NCBI GenBank assembly: GCA_964408175.1
Contig: CAYOYL010000057.1
Span: forward strand, 1-54,794
DNA from: an uncultured bacterium
GTDB lineage: Bacteria > Ratteibacteria > UBA8468 > B48-G9 > JAFGKM01
Reading direction: 5' to 3'
Length of the DNA stretch: 54,794 nucleotides
The notes beneath the pieces were generated by a model. The model was not told the DNA's origin and searched no databases. It saw nothing but the letters and a program-made list of their open reading frames with translations. Of the stretch, positions 37,675 through 45,656 are shown piece after piece. Position 1 is the stretch's first letter, and the number at the start of each line of letters is the position of its first letter. The translations under genes were made by a program, and so were the position numbers.

Positions 37675-39592
37675 CGTTTTTCGGAAGTGAGATAACCAGA
37701 TTTCTGGCAGATAGAGTTAGAACACATTTGAAACTACCGCCGTGGGACTCCAGAATTTTACGGGTGAGCACCATACCTATAGAAACAGGACTTCTGGTTT
37801 TAGAGTTAAAGGGGACAAAAAAGTCTTCAGAATCGGTCAGATTAATCCTGTTTCCATTTTCAGAGATGGTAACCTCAACATCTTTATCTGTATTCTCAAA
37901 ACAGATACGGGCCTCTCCAACTCCTGCAGTATCTTCATGTATGAAATCAAAGATGTACCCGATAGCCTCTTTGAACTTTTCAGGGTCAATAGGGACAAAA
38001 ACCCCGCTGCTTCCCTCAATATTAAACCTTAAACTGTCTCCCTTTTCTACCTCTTTTATTTTGCTGCGAAACAACTCTACTACATCAACCTCTACAGGCC
38101 TGAGTTCCATTGAATACGCAAGTTTGTTTATCCTGTCTATTATCTCATTTATCCTCTGCACCTCTCCCTGCATAACATCAGAAAATTTTGTCCTGAACTC
38201 CTCGTCGTTATATTTTAGAGGCAGCATCTGGGCAAATGTTTTTATTGCTACGAGGGGATTTTTAAGTTCATGAGAAAGACGGGAAGCAAGTAAATTCCAA
38301 TATCTATTCTTTTCCACCTCTTTCTCCTTATTTTCCATCTCTTTCACAAAGGTCAGGTCATGGAATATGGCAACAGCCCCTTTTCTCACTCCATCCCCGT
38401 TTTTTATAAGGTTTGTACTTAACCCAAGGATAATCCTGCTCGGCACATAGTTTATCTCCACCCTGTCGAATACCTCTCCGGAAATTAAACTTCTCCTGAT
38501 AAAATCTGCTATCTGGGACCCAACCTTTTCCACAGGTTTTCCCATAACCTCTTCAGACTTCAGCCCAAAAATAGTCTCTGCATAAGGATTAAATACCTCC
38601 ACCTTGCCCTCTGTGTCAACTGCTATAATTCCAATGGGGATATTTTTGAAAATTGATTCCTGAGAATCCTTGCGGAATGCTACCTCCCTGTAAAGAGACA
38701 GGTTGTCAAAGACGGTGGCAAGATAATCCATTGTTGTACTTAAAAAAGAGATGTCGGCAAAGGTGGTATCAACGCCAGTAAGTTTGTCACCTGCCAGAAA
38801 GACACCAATAAGTCTGCCGTCAAAGGTCCTGAGAGGAAAAGCAATGCGGCATTTCAAAATGTCCATGAAATTGTTGCAGTCAAAAGGGAGGTCTTTTTCG
38901 GTCGCAAGATTTAGTATGCGGTTTTTGCCCAGAAGCCACATTATCAAAGGATGACTGTGGGCGGCTTCAACCTTGCTTAAAATACTTTCCTCTATACCGA
39001 GAGAAGCAGAGGTTATAAAAGTCTCTTTTTCTTTCAGCAACAGGAGCATTTTGTTAAAATAGAACCTTCTTTTAAGTGTTTTCAATATCTCAACACCAGT
39101 TCTATCTATATCAGGAAAGTTTTCAGTTATTGTCTGGAAGAGTTCCTGAAAAAAATGCTCTCCGTTCTCACTTCTGTCAGTAATCTTGTTCATTCCCCTC
39201 ACGGATAGGTCTTCCCGCAAACGGATGTTCTCCTTCAAAAGTTTTTCTCTCTCAACGGCTTTATTGATAAGGTGCGTTATCCTTTCCGCAGAAAGTGGTT
39301 TCTCAACCATATCAAATACACCGGACCCAATTGCTTGCCTTGCAGCAGTACCAAAAGAAGAGACAATCTTTATCACCGTTAGAGTCGGGTCATACTCAAG
39401 CAGTCTTACCAGTAAATCTCTGGAATCCATGGTTAACTGAGAATCCAGAAAAATTGCTGTAGGTCTACTCTCTGTGATTGCTTTTAAAGCATTCACAGGC
39501 ATAACACCATCCACTATGAATTCTTTTCCCAGTATTGCCTTTAACGAAGAAGTGAGATCTTTATCCTCTGTTATCAAAAGTATGTAACCCAT
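37658..39592 (-). CDS. REC-GAF-PAS-HisKA protein with a degenerate ATP-binding (HATPase) domain
   Basis: Receiver-like N-terminus (ILLITEDKD, AIFLDSQL, VEKPL) and H-box LSHELKNPLVAIKTF. The N/G1/G2 boxes are replaced by FDFIHED, ENGNRI and SPVSIGM. Start set at MGYILL (39592, GGAGAAAGGAA upstream) rather than 39655. Confidence 0.75.
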   Translation of the reverse strand: MGYILLITEDKDLTSSLKAILGKEFIVDGVMPVNALKAITESRPTAIFLDSQLTMDSRDLLVRLLEYDPTLTVIKIVSSFGTAARQAIGSGVFDMVEKPLSAERITHLINKAVEREKLLKENIRLREDLSVRGMNKITDRSENGEHFFQELFQTITENFPDIDRTGVEILKTLKRRFYFNKMLLLLKEKETFITSASLGIEESILSKVEAAHSHPLIMWLLGKNRILNLATEKDLPFDCNNFMDILKCRIAFPLRTFDGRLIGVFLAGDKLTGVDTTFADISFLSTTMDYLATVFDNLSLYREVAFRKDSQESIFKNIPIGIIAVDTEGKVEVFNPYAETIFGLKSEEVMGKPVEKVGSQIADFIRRSLISGEVFDRVEINYVPSRIILGLSTNLIKNGDGVRKGAVAIFHDLTFVKEMENKEKEVEKNRYWNLLASRLSHELKNPLVAIKTFAQMLPLKYNDEEFRTKFSDVMQGEVQRINEIIDRINKLAYSMELRPVEVDVVELFRSKIKEVEKGDSLRFNIEGSSGVFVPIDPEKFKEAIGYIFDFIHEDTAGVGEARICFENTDKDVEVTISENGNRINLTDSEDFFVPFNSKTRSPVSIGMVLTRKILESHGGSFKCVLTLSARNLVISLPKNGEKNG

Positions 39593-42059
39593 TTCCTTTC
39601 TCCCCGTCAGTATGCAAAGGCAGTTCCACTGAAACGGTGGTACCCTCTCCTTCAATACTATCCACTTTCACAAAACCACCGTGTTCTTCTATTATTCTTG
39701 TCACTATGGACAGCCCCAGCCCTGTCCCCTTCTCCTTGGTAGTAAAAAAAGGCTCAAATATTTTATCTAAAAGGTCATGTCTAATCCCACATCCATTATC
39801 CTGTATCTTCACAACTGCACGTCCATCTTTCTTCTCTATATTAACATTTATGGCTCCTTTTGTATCTATTGACTGAGCACTGTTAATACAGACGTTCAGA
39901 AAAGCCTGCCTCAACTTACCCTCATCGCCCTTAAGAATAATCTTATCCGAACAGTAGTTTTCCTTTATCTCTATCTCTTTATCAGGGAATTGTCCGGACA
40001 ACAGAACAATAGTATTTCCCAACACATCTACAAGGTCAATTTCTTTCAATACAGGGCCTCTCGGCTTCGCAAAAACGAGTATCTGCTCCACCAGTGTATT
40101 TATCCTTTCAACCTCTTTTATGGTAAGCGCAGAAAATTTTTCACGGAACTCCCTGTCGTTATATTTCTCAGGCAGAAGGTGCGCGAATGTCTGTATTGAG
40201 ACAAGAGGGTTTTTTATTTCATGTGCTATCCCTGCCGCCATAATTCCCAGAGAGGCATATTTTTCCGCACGCTGCATTTCTTCTTCCAGTTTTTCTATAA
40301 GAGTAACGTCAGCAAAGATTATCTGGACACCTGCAAGGCTGCCGTCTCTATCCGAGAAAACTGAAGAACTTGCATTAAGAGAGATTTCAGATTCATCCTT
40401 TTTTATCTTAAACTGAAGATGTCTGATACCTTCCTTCTTTTCAATTGAATAAGCAAGAATTTTTTTTATTTCTTCAGGCAGGGTTTTACTAAAATGTTCG
40501 TGCTCAATCTGCAACTTCCCCAGACCTGTGATTCTTTCAGCCTCTTTATTAACCACAGTAACGGCTCCATTTTTATCTATGCCTATAACTCCTATGGGCA
40601 GGTTTTCAAGCAGAGACTCCTGATAAATCTTCCCCCTTTCAAGTTGTTCATAAAACAGGAAGTTTTGCAACTTAAGAGAAAGATAGTGAGAAAGTCTCGC
40701 AAAAATCTCTTCGTCCTGCGGACTGTAAAACCGGCCTGAAACCTTTTCTCCAAAACAAAGTATGCCAAATAGATGATTTTGTTCACCAAGTAAAGGAATC
40801 ACTATCTCGGACTCCAATGCATCCATCTCTTTGATGACCTCTAAATTCTCATCGGTTTGAATCCTCCTCTCAATTTCACCCTTTATTAAAGGTGAGTGTG
40901 TCCTGCGGATAAAGCCTTCTAACTGAGAGGGATAAAGTGACCCTTCAATATCAACAAATTCCTGGAGGTTATGCGAAATAGAAAAGATAATTTTTTTCTC
41001 GCCAGGCCCCAAAAAGTAGACCTTCCCGCTCGTTATCCCAACACTCTCAAGAATTATCTTCATGCACCTGCTAAGAAATACCTTTACATCTCCCACAGTA
41101 TAAAGAAGTTTCTCTAACCCCGCGAGGATATTTTCAGTTGAATATTCCAGATTAAAAACCCTGAAACTGACAAGGTCATTTATCTTCCTGCGGATGGGTT
41201 CAAACGCAAAGATGACAACCAGTATGGCAAGCGTCTCTTCCAGCAGGGAGCCCGGGGTAAGGTATGGAAATAACAACCACTTCAAGATAAAGAGCGATAG
41301 GTTATAGAGAAGAAAAATGGATAGGACAACAAAAGAGTAGGATAGAACTTTTTGCATCAGCACAGAGACGTCCAGAATCTTATACTTTGCTATACCATAT
41401 CCTATGATGCCGTTCATTATCACCACGCCTAAAGGACTGAACTGAGCAAGCAACTGTGTTTTTAAGATTATATGCAAAACAAAGTTACACAGAATCACAA
41501 AAATGAATCCAAAAAAACACCCTAAAAGTATATATTGGACCTCAGCGCGCGCCAGACCTTTTTTTATCTTCAGTTTCTTCAACAATACTGCAAAAGCGTA
41601 AGCCGCAACAGTTAAAAATAAAACAAAGTATACAAAGAAAGGCCACCCATAGGTAGCATGCGGCAGGTTAACCGCCTCACCCTTTTTTACTACCACCTCT
41701 TTGACAAAAGAAGGCAGGAAGCCGAGAGAAAAATTGACGGCTGTTAATACCGCCATCAGTAAAAACCCCTTCTTCTTAAGAAAATCTACCTTCTTCTCCC
41801 CAATTGTATATACCAGAGATAGAAGAGATAAGGTAACAGTACTGCCCGCAATAAATGAACCCCTTATCCATATCTCTGCCATTAACGGGGTACTCGCATT
41901 GACAATTAACAGTATAACTGTATTCCATATCCATATATCTATACCGAGATAAGAAAAAACGCGGTTGGAAAGCCGCTTTGGATTACTCTTATAGACAAGG
42001 TAGATAATAAGTGCGTTGAACAAGAGGGTAAATATCAAAACTACCGTCGTAATATTCAT
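39561..42059 (-). CDS. Membrane sensor histidine kinase (polytopic N-domain, GAF, PAS, HisKA, HATPase)
   Basis: ~300 aa of hydrophobic helices, H-box AHEIKNPLVSIQTF, N-box LNVCINSAQ, G1 DNGCGI, G2 GTGLGLSIV. Confidence 0.9.
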   Translation of the reverse strand: MNITTVVLIFTLLFNALIIYLVYKSNPKRLSNRVFSYLGIDIWIWNTVILLIVNASTPLMAEIWIRGSFIAGSTVTLSLLSLVYTIGEKKVDFLKKKGFLLMAVLTAVNFSLGFLPSFVKEVVVKKGEAVNLPHATYGWPFFVYFVLFLTVAAYAFAVLLKKLKIKKGLARAEVQYILLGCFFGFIFVILCNFVLHIILKTQLLAQFSPLGVVIMNGIIGYGIAKYKILDVSVLMQKVLSYSFVVLSIFLLYNLSLFILKWLLFPYLTPGSLLEETLAILVVIFAFEPIRRKINDLVSFRVFNLEYSTENILAGLEKLLYTVGDVKVFLSRCMKIILESVGITSGKVYFLGPGEKKIIFSISHNLQEFVDIEGSLYPSQLEGFIRRTHSPLIKGEIERRIQTDENLEVIKEMDALESEIVIPLLGEQNHLFGILCFGEKVSGRFYSPQDEEIFARLSHYLSLKLQNFLFYEQLERGKIYQESLLENLPIGVIGIDKNGAVTVVNKEAERITGLGKLQIEHEHFSKTLPEEIKKILAYSIEKKEGIRHLQFKIKKDESEISLNASSSVFSDRDGSLAGVQIIFADVTLIEKLEEEMQRAEKYASLGIMAAGIAHEIKNPLVSIQTFAHLLPEKYNDREFREKFSALTIKEVERINTLVEQILVFAKPRGPVLKEIDLVDVLGNTIVLLSGQFPDKEIEIKENYCSDKIILKGDEGKLRQAFLNVCINSAQSIDTKGAINVNIEKKDGRAVVKIQDNGCGIRHDLLDKIFEPFFTTKEKGTGLGLSIVTRIIEEHGGFVKVDSIEGEGTTVSVELPLHTDGEKGNGLHTFDNRG

Positions 42060-43279
42060 TCAAAACTCCTGAGGAGAACAGACGAATTGGCACCTCCAAA
42101 ACCATGAGAATTAACCAAGGCGGTTCTTATCTTATTAAACCTCGGGTAGTTAGGAACGTAGTCCAGGTCACACTCAGGGTCAGGATATTCATAATTTAAC
42201 GTGGGAATTATTATATCGTCACGCATACCGAGGACGACAGATATTACCTGCAGGACCCCAGCGGCCGAATAGGGATTACCTATATGTCCTTTTATGGAAC
42301 TTACCGGTATCCTGTATATTGATGAACCGAAGACTGATTTAAGAGTATTTGTTTCGCATAAATCCAGCATTACGTCTGACGGAGCATGTGCAGAAACATA
42401 ACTTATTTCATCCGTACCTACATCCGCATCGGCAAAAGACCTCAATATCGCCCTGTAAAGACCTGAACCCATTTCTTCTTTCCCTTCTATACTCTGGCCA
42501 TAACCGATAACCTCTCCGTAGATATCTGCACCTCTTGTCACAGCCATGTCCATATCTTCAAGCATGAGCACCGCAGCCCCTTCTGAAAGAATACCCCCGT
42601 CGCGAAATCTGTCAAAGGGTCTGCTTGCCTTTTCCGGATTTTCATTTTTAGACATAATGTCTGCGGCACACAATGTGGCAAGCATCAGTGGGGTAACGGG
42701 ACAATCTGAGCCCCCTGCAAGAACACTCTCTGCCTCGCCGTTTTTTATCATCTGGTACCCATGCCCTACAGCATCCAAACCGGAAGCGCACCCTGTTGAA
42801 ACGGTGATATTAAAGTTCGTAAGACCCAGGGCACCTGCAATCTCACCTGATGGAGCGTTGGGCACGCTGACAAAGGATGAAACAGGGTTTATTCTCTTCA
42901 ACCCTTTTGAATACAATGTCCTGCATTGTTCCTCCATAGTCTTGAAGTCAGTACTGGAGATGCCCATAATAATACCTGGGGACATTCCTCTTACACCCTT
43001 TATATCAAACATGGCATCTTCCAGTGCCATCTTAGCACAGGCAACTGCAAACTGCGAAAACCTGGCCATTTTTCTCGCCTTCTTTTTTTCTATAAAGTCA
43101 TCAGGATTAAAATCTGTAACCTCTCCTGCAATTCGGACGGGATATTCAGAGGCATCAAAAAAACTTATTTCTTTTATCCCGCTTTTTCCGGTCTTTAATG
43201 CATCCCAGAAGTCATTCTTCCCTATACCGTTGGGAGCCACCACCCCTATACCTGTGATTACAACCCTGTGTCTCTTCAT
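42056..43279 (-). CDS. Beta-ketoacyl synthase (KAS II / type II PKS-like KS)
   Basis: VVITGIGVVAPNG, the active-site Cys in STGCASGLDAV, His in SAHAPSD and KGHIGNPYSAAG, and C-terminal NSHGFGGANSSVLL. ATGA overlap with the downstream kinase gene. Confidence 0.85.
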   Translation of the reverse strand: MKRHRVVITGIGVVAPNGIGKNDFWDALKTGKSGIKEISFFDASEYPVRIAGEVTDFNPDDFIEKKKARKMARFSQFAVACAKMALEDAMFDIKGVRGMSPGIIMGISSTDFKTMEEQCRTLYSKGLKRINPVSSFVSVPNAPSGEIAGALGLTNFNITVSTGCASGLDAVGHGYQMIKNGEAESVLAGGSDCPVTPLMLATLCAADIMSKNENPEKASRPFDRFRDGGILSEGAAVLMLEDMDMAVTRGADIYGEVIGYGQSIEGKEEMGSGLYRAILRSFADADVGTDEISYVSAHAPSDVMLDLCETNTLKSVFGSSIYRIPVSSIKGHIGNPYSAAGVLQVISVVLGMRDDIIIPTLNYEYPDPECDLDYVPNYPRFNKIRTALVNSHGFGGANSSVLLRSFE

Positions 43280-43282
43280 TCT

Positions 43283-43393
43283 TTAGGCCTTCCCGTTAAT
43301 AAAATCTATCTCATCCTCCAGCCCTTTCCTGTTGCCTGAGTAAAAGAAACACCTGTGTCTCTCTAAAAATTCATTCAGTGAACTGAACCTGCT
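43283..43393 (-). pseudogene. Orphaned 3' end (36 codons plus stop) of the IS-interrupted radical SAM gene
   Basis: Removing 43402-45670 in silico joins this segment in frame to 45671-47228. It reads SRFSSLNEFLERHRCFFYSGNRKGLEDEIDFINGKA and ends at a TAA 3 nt before the KS ATG. Confidence 0.7.
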
Positions 43394-43467
43394 GTGTTTG
43401 TCAATGATTTCTGATTAAGGCCACAGAGTAGTACCCACCTACCAAAACAAACATTTTTCAAGAAGCC

Positions 43468-43496
43468 TTGACAGCGGGGCGGGATTCTGGTATAAT
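43468..43496 (+). promoter_or_regulatory. Consensus sigma-70 promoter inside the IS left end (TTGACA-N17-TATAAT)
   Basis: TTGACA at 43468-43473 and TATAAT at 43491-43496, 35 nt upstream of the orfA ATG. Confidence 0.65.
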
Positions 43497-43531
43497 CCTA
43501 AGTGATTAATAATATAGAACAGGCGGAAAAG

Positions 43532-43966
43532 ATGAAAACACTAAGCGAGACAAGGAAAAGGATAGTAGATTTGCAGAAGGAGAAATACCGGATAGAGAAG
43601 AGTTTGCTTCGTCCGCTGCCGATGGTGCCGTATGCCCTGATAGAACATTATGGGGAATGCGGCAAGAAGGTCTGCCGTTGCCACGGTGGGCAGTTACACG
43701 GTCCATACTGGTATTTAAGCCAGCATAGGGACGGCAAGACCCGCAACATCTACGTACCGAAAGAAAAAGCAGAAAAGATACAGGTATTGGCAGACAGGTA
43801 CAAACAATACGAAGGCAAACTGACACAGTTACGGGCGATACAGAAAGAGATAATGGATTTGTTGAAGGAGATAGAGAAAAGCGCATATGTACCGCCATCC
43901 AAGATGAACCTTAAACGACCAGCGGAGAGGAAATGGAAAAGAAAGAACAAGCAAGGGAAACCGTAA
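43532..43966 (+). CDS. IS accessory protein (small Cys/His-containing, basic)
   Basis: ECGKKVCRCHGGQLHGPYWYL is a zinc-ribbon-like motif often seen upstream of transposase genes. Start set at ATG 43532 rather than GTG 43502. Confidence 0.6.
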   Translation: MKTLSETRKRIVDLQKEKYRIEKSLLRPLPMVPYALIEHYGECGKKVCRCHGGQLHGPYWYLSQHRDGKTRNIYVPKEKAEKIQVLADRYKQYEGKLTQLRAIQKEIMDLLKEIEKSAYVPPSKMNLKRPAERKWKRKNKQGKP

Positions 43967-45444
43967 TCGGGATAATGCCTTATGACCGTGAGAAAGTATT
44001 AAGCAAACTGAAGCAGAAGAAATACGACGACATATTTATTCGGGACAGGGGAAGGCTGGATGATTTTGTAGGGTTTTTGTACCAGACAGGGGTACTGGGG
44101 CTGTTTGACGGGATAGACAGCAGGATGGAGAGAAAGCCTGAGATACCCCGGCAGTTTTTGCATTACTGCATATCCTTAAAACCGGTGGTGGACAGCGCCA
44201 GCATAAATCAACTGCCCGGCAGACTGCTTGAGGATACTGATAGTCTGCGGACGCTGGGGTTCACGATGGTAGCGATGGAAAAAGGGTTTTCGGTGAAGAA
44301 CAAAAACGGGAACAATGTGCCGGTAAATATAAACGCGTTTTATGATGAACTGGCACGGCTGCCGGAAACAGAGAGCAAGAAGTTTTTCACCTCGGGTGTA
44401 GAGTTATTGGACAAGAAACGGTTTTTATCAAAGAAGTCCGGGGTATACGCGTTGGACGGCGTGAAGTTGCTGATTACCGGCGATAAGAAATACGAGAATT
44501 ACGGAAAGATAACAATAGAGGACAAAAATGGCAAACGGGTAAAGGAAAAAGGGTATAAACTGGTGTTCCTGCAAAGGGTAGATGGCGATGACCATTATAT
44601 AGTTGCGGCTAAGTTGATCCCGTTAAACCAGCAGGAGATAACGGTAGCAGAAGAACTGGTTGAAGAAGCGCTTTGCGTGCTGGGTGAAAACAGCATAAAA
44701 ACACTCCTGATAGACAGAGGGTTTCTTTCAGGTTCGTTTTTTGATTATCTGGGCGGTAAGGGGATTGATTTTATCTGCCCGACAAAAGATACATTACACC
44801 TTACCCGGCATATGCAGGGGCTGCACCGCGCAGGCGAAGGGGTTAAGACAACACTTGCCGACGGTACGGTATTGGCAGGATATAACTGCCTGATACCGAT
44901 GGACGGCTGCAAGAGGAAAATCAACGGAGTATTGATAATCAAACAGGGTAACAAGGCGCGCAAGAAGGTAATAGAAGGTAACGAGTTCGGATTCCTTACC
45001 AGTTTGCCTACCGGACAGAATCAACAGATTGAAAAGGTTTATAACCTTTACAGCCGGCGCTGGAAGATTGAGGTTAACGGCAACAGGGAACTAAAGAGCC
45101 AGTGGTATATCAACAAATTTCCCTCGCAGAAGTGGAACGGTTTATGCACGCATATTTACTTTACCCTGTTTATGTTCAACGTGGTGGCTGCCTTTAAAAG
45201 CAAGAAAGGACGTGCATTAACGGAAAAAGGGATGTTGTCCATTCGGAATAAGTATTTCACCTCTTGGAGTAAAACCCACACGGTCAATGTAATTGCCGGC
45301 GGATACTGCGCCACTTTCCCGTTTAAAGATTTCGTCCAAATCTTCGGACTGCCGCCGCCCTCAGGCAAGTATGAGAATTCCTTCTGGGTAACCAAACCTG
45401 ACGGAAGGAAAGAACTCTGGTACGTAGAAAACTCCAAACTGTAG
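43933..45444 (+). CDS. DDE transposase (IS4 / IS1634-like)
   Basis: YSRRWKIEVNGNRELK fits the IS4-type Y-x2-R-x3-E...K signature. 503 aa, lying between the inverted repeats. It has its own ATG after GGAGAGG. Confidence 0.8.
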   Translation: MEKKEQARETVIGIMPYDREKVLSKLKQKKYDDIFIRDRGRLDDFVGFLYQTGVLGLFDGIDSRMERKPEIPRQFLHYCISLKPVVDSASINQLPGRLLEDTDSLRTLGFTMVAMEKGFSVKNKNGNNVPVNINAFYDELARLPETESKKFFTSGVELLDKKRFLSKKSGVYALDGVKLLITGDKKYENYGKITIEDKNGKRVKEKGYKLVFLQRVDGDDHYIVAAKLIPLNQQEITVAEELVEEALCVLGENSIKTLLIDRGFLSGSFFDYLGGKGIDFICPTKDTLHLTRHMQGLHRAGEGVKTTLADGTVLAGYNCLIPMDGCKRKINGVLIIKQGNKARKKVIEGNEFGFLTSLPTGQNQQIEKVYNLYSRRWKIEVNGNRELKSQWYINKFPSQKWNGLCTHIYFTLFMFNVVAAFKSKKGRALTEKGMLSIRNKYFTSWSKTHTVNVIAGGYCATFPFKDFVQIFGLPPPSGKYENSFWVTKPDGRKELWYVENSKL

Positions 45445-45517
45445 AGCCGGTATGTCTACAAGAATCCTCCATACGCATGTTTTGGTGAATATTGTGTCTT
45501 TTGCACCCTCACCCGGA

Positions 45518-45540
45518 CCCTCTCCCTTCAAGGGAGAGGG
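45518..45540. repeat. Hairpin repeat CCCTCTCCC-TTCAA-GGGAGAGGG inside the IS right arm
   Basis: 9-10 bp stem preceded by CACCCTCACCC. Same motif style as the hairpins at 9119, 13888 and 13968. Confidence 0.6.
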
Positions 45541-45656
45541 ACAAAGACAATTTACGTCTCTTCCTTATCTGTAATATCTGGGAAAATATTGCCCCTGGTA
45601 TGAAAATGTTCGCCTGCTCTCTTTTTTTCTGGTTTTCAGGTATCCTTAATCAGAAA

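Noticed and set aside
42546-43286. Long antisense ORFs. Examples: 42546-43286 (246 aa, opposite the KS), 46711-47286 and 46338-46922 (opposite the radical SAM gene), 34514-35119, 33932-34453, 37728-38273, 28515-29081.
   Set aside because: Each lies wholly inside a strongly supported gene on the other strand. None has a recognisable motif or RBS, and all show the Ser/Leu/Pro-rich composition typical of shadow frames.
43925-43966. Possible programmed -1 frameshift joining the IS orfA and transposase (34 nt overlap, orfB in the -1 frame).
   Set aside because: orfB has its own ATG preceded by GGAGAGG, and there is no clear slippery heptamer of the A AAA AAG type in the overlap. Independent initiation is the simpler reading.
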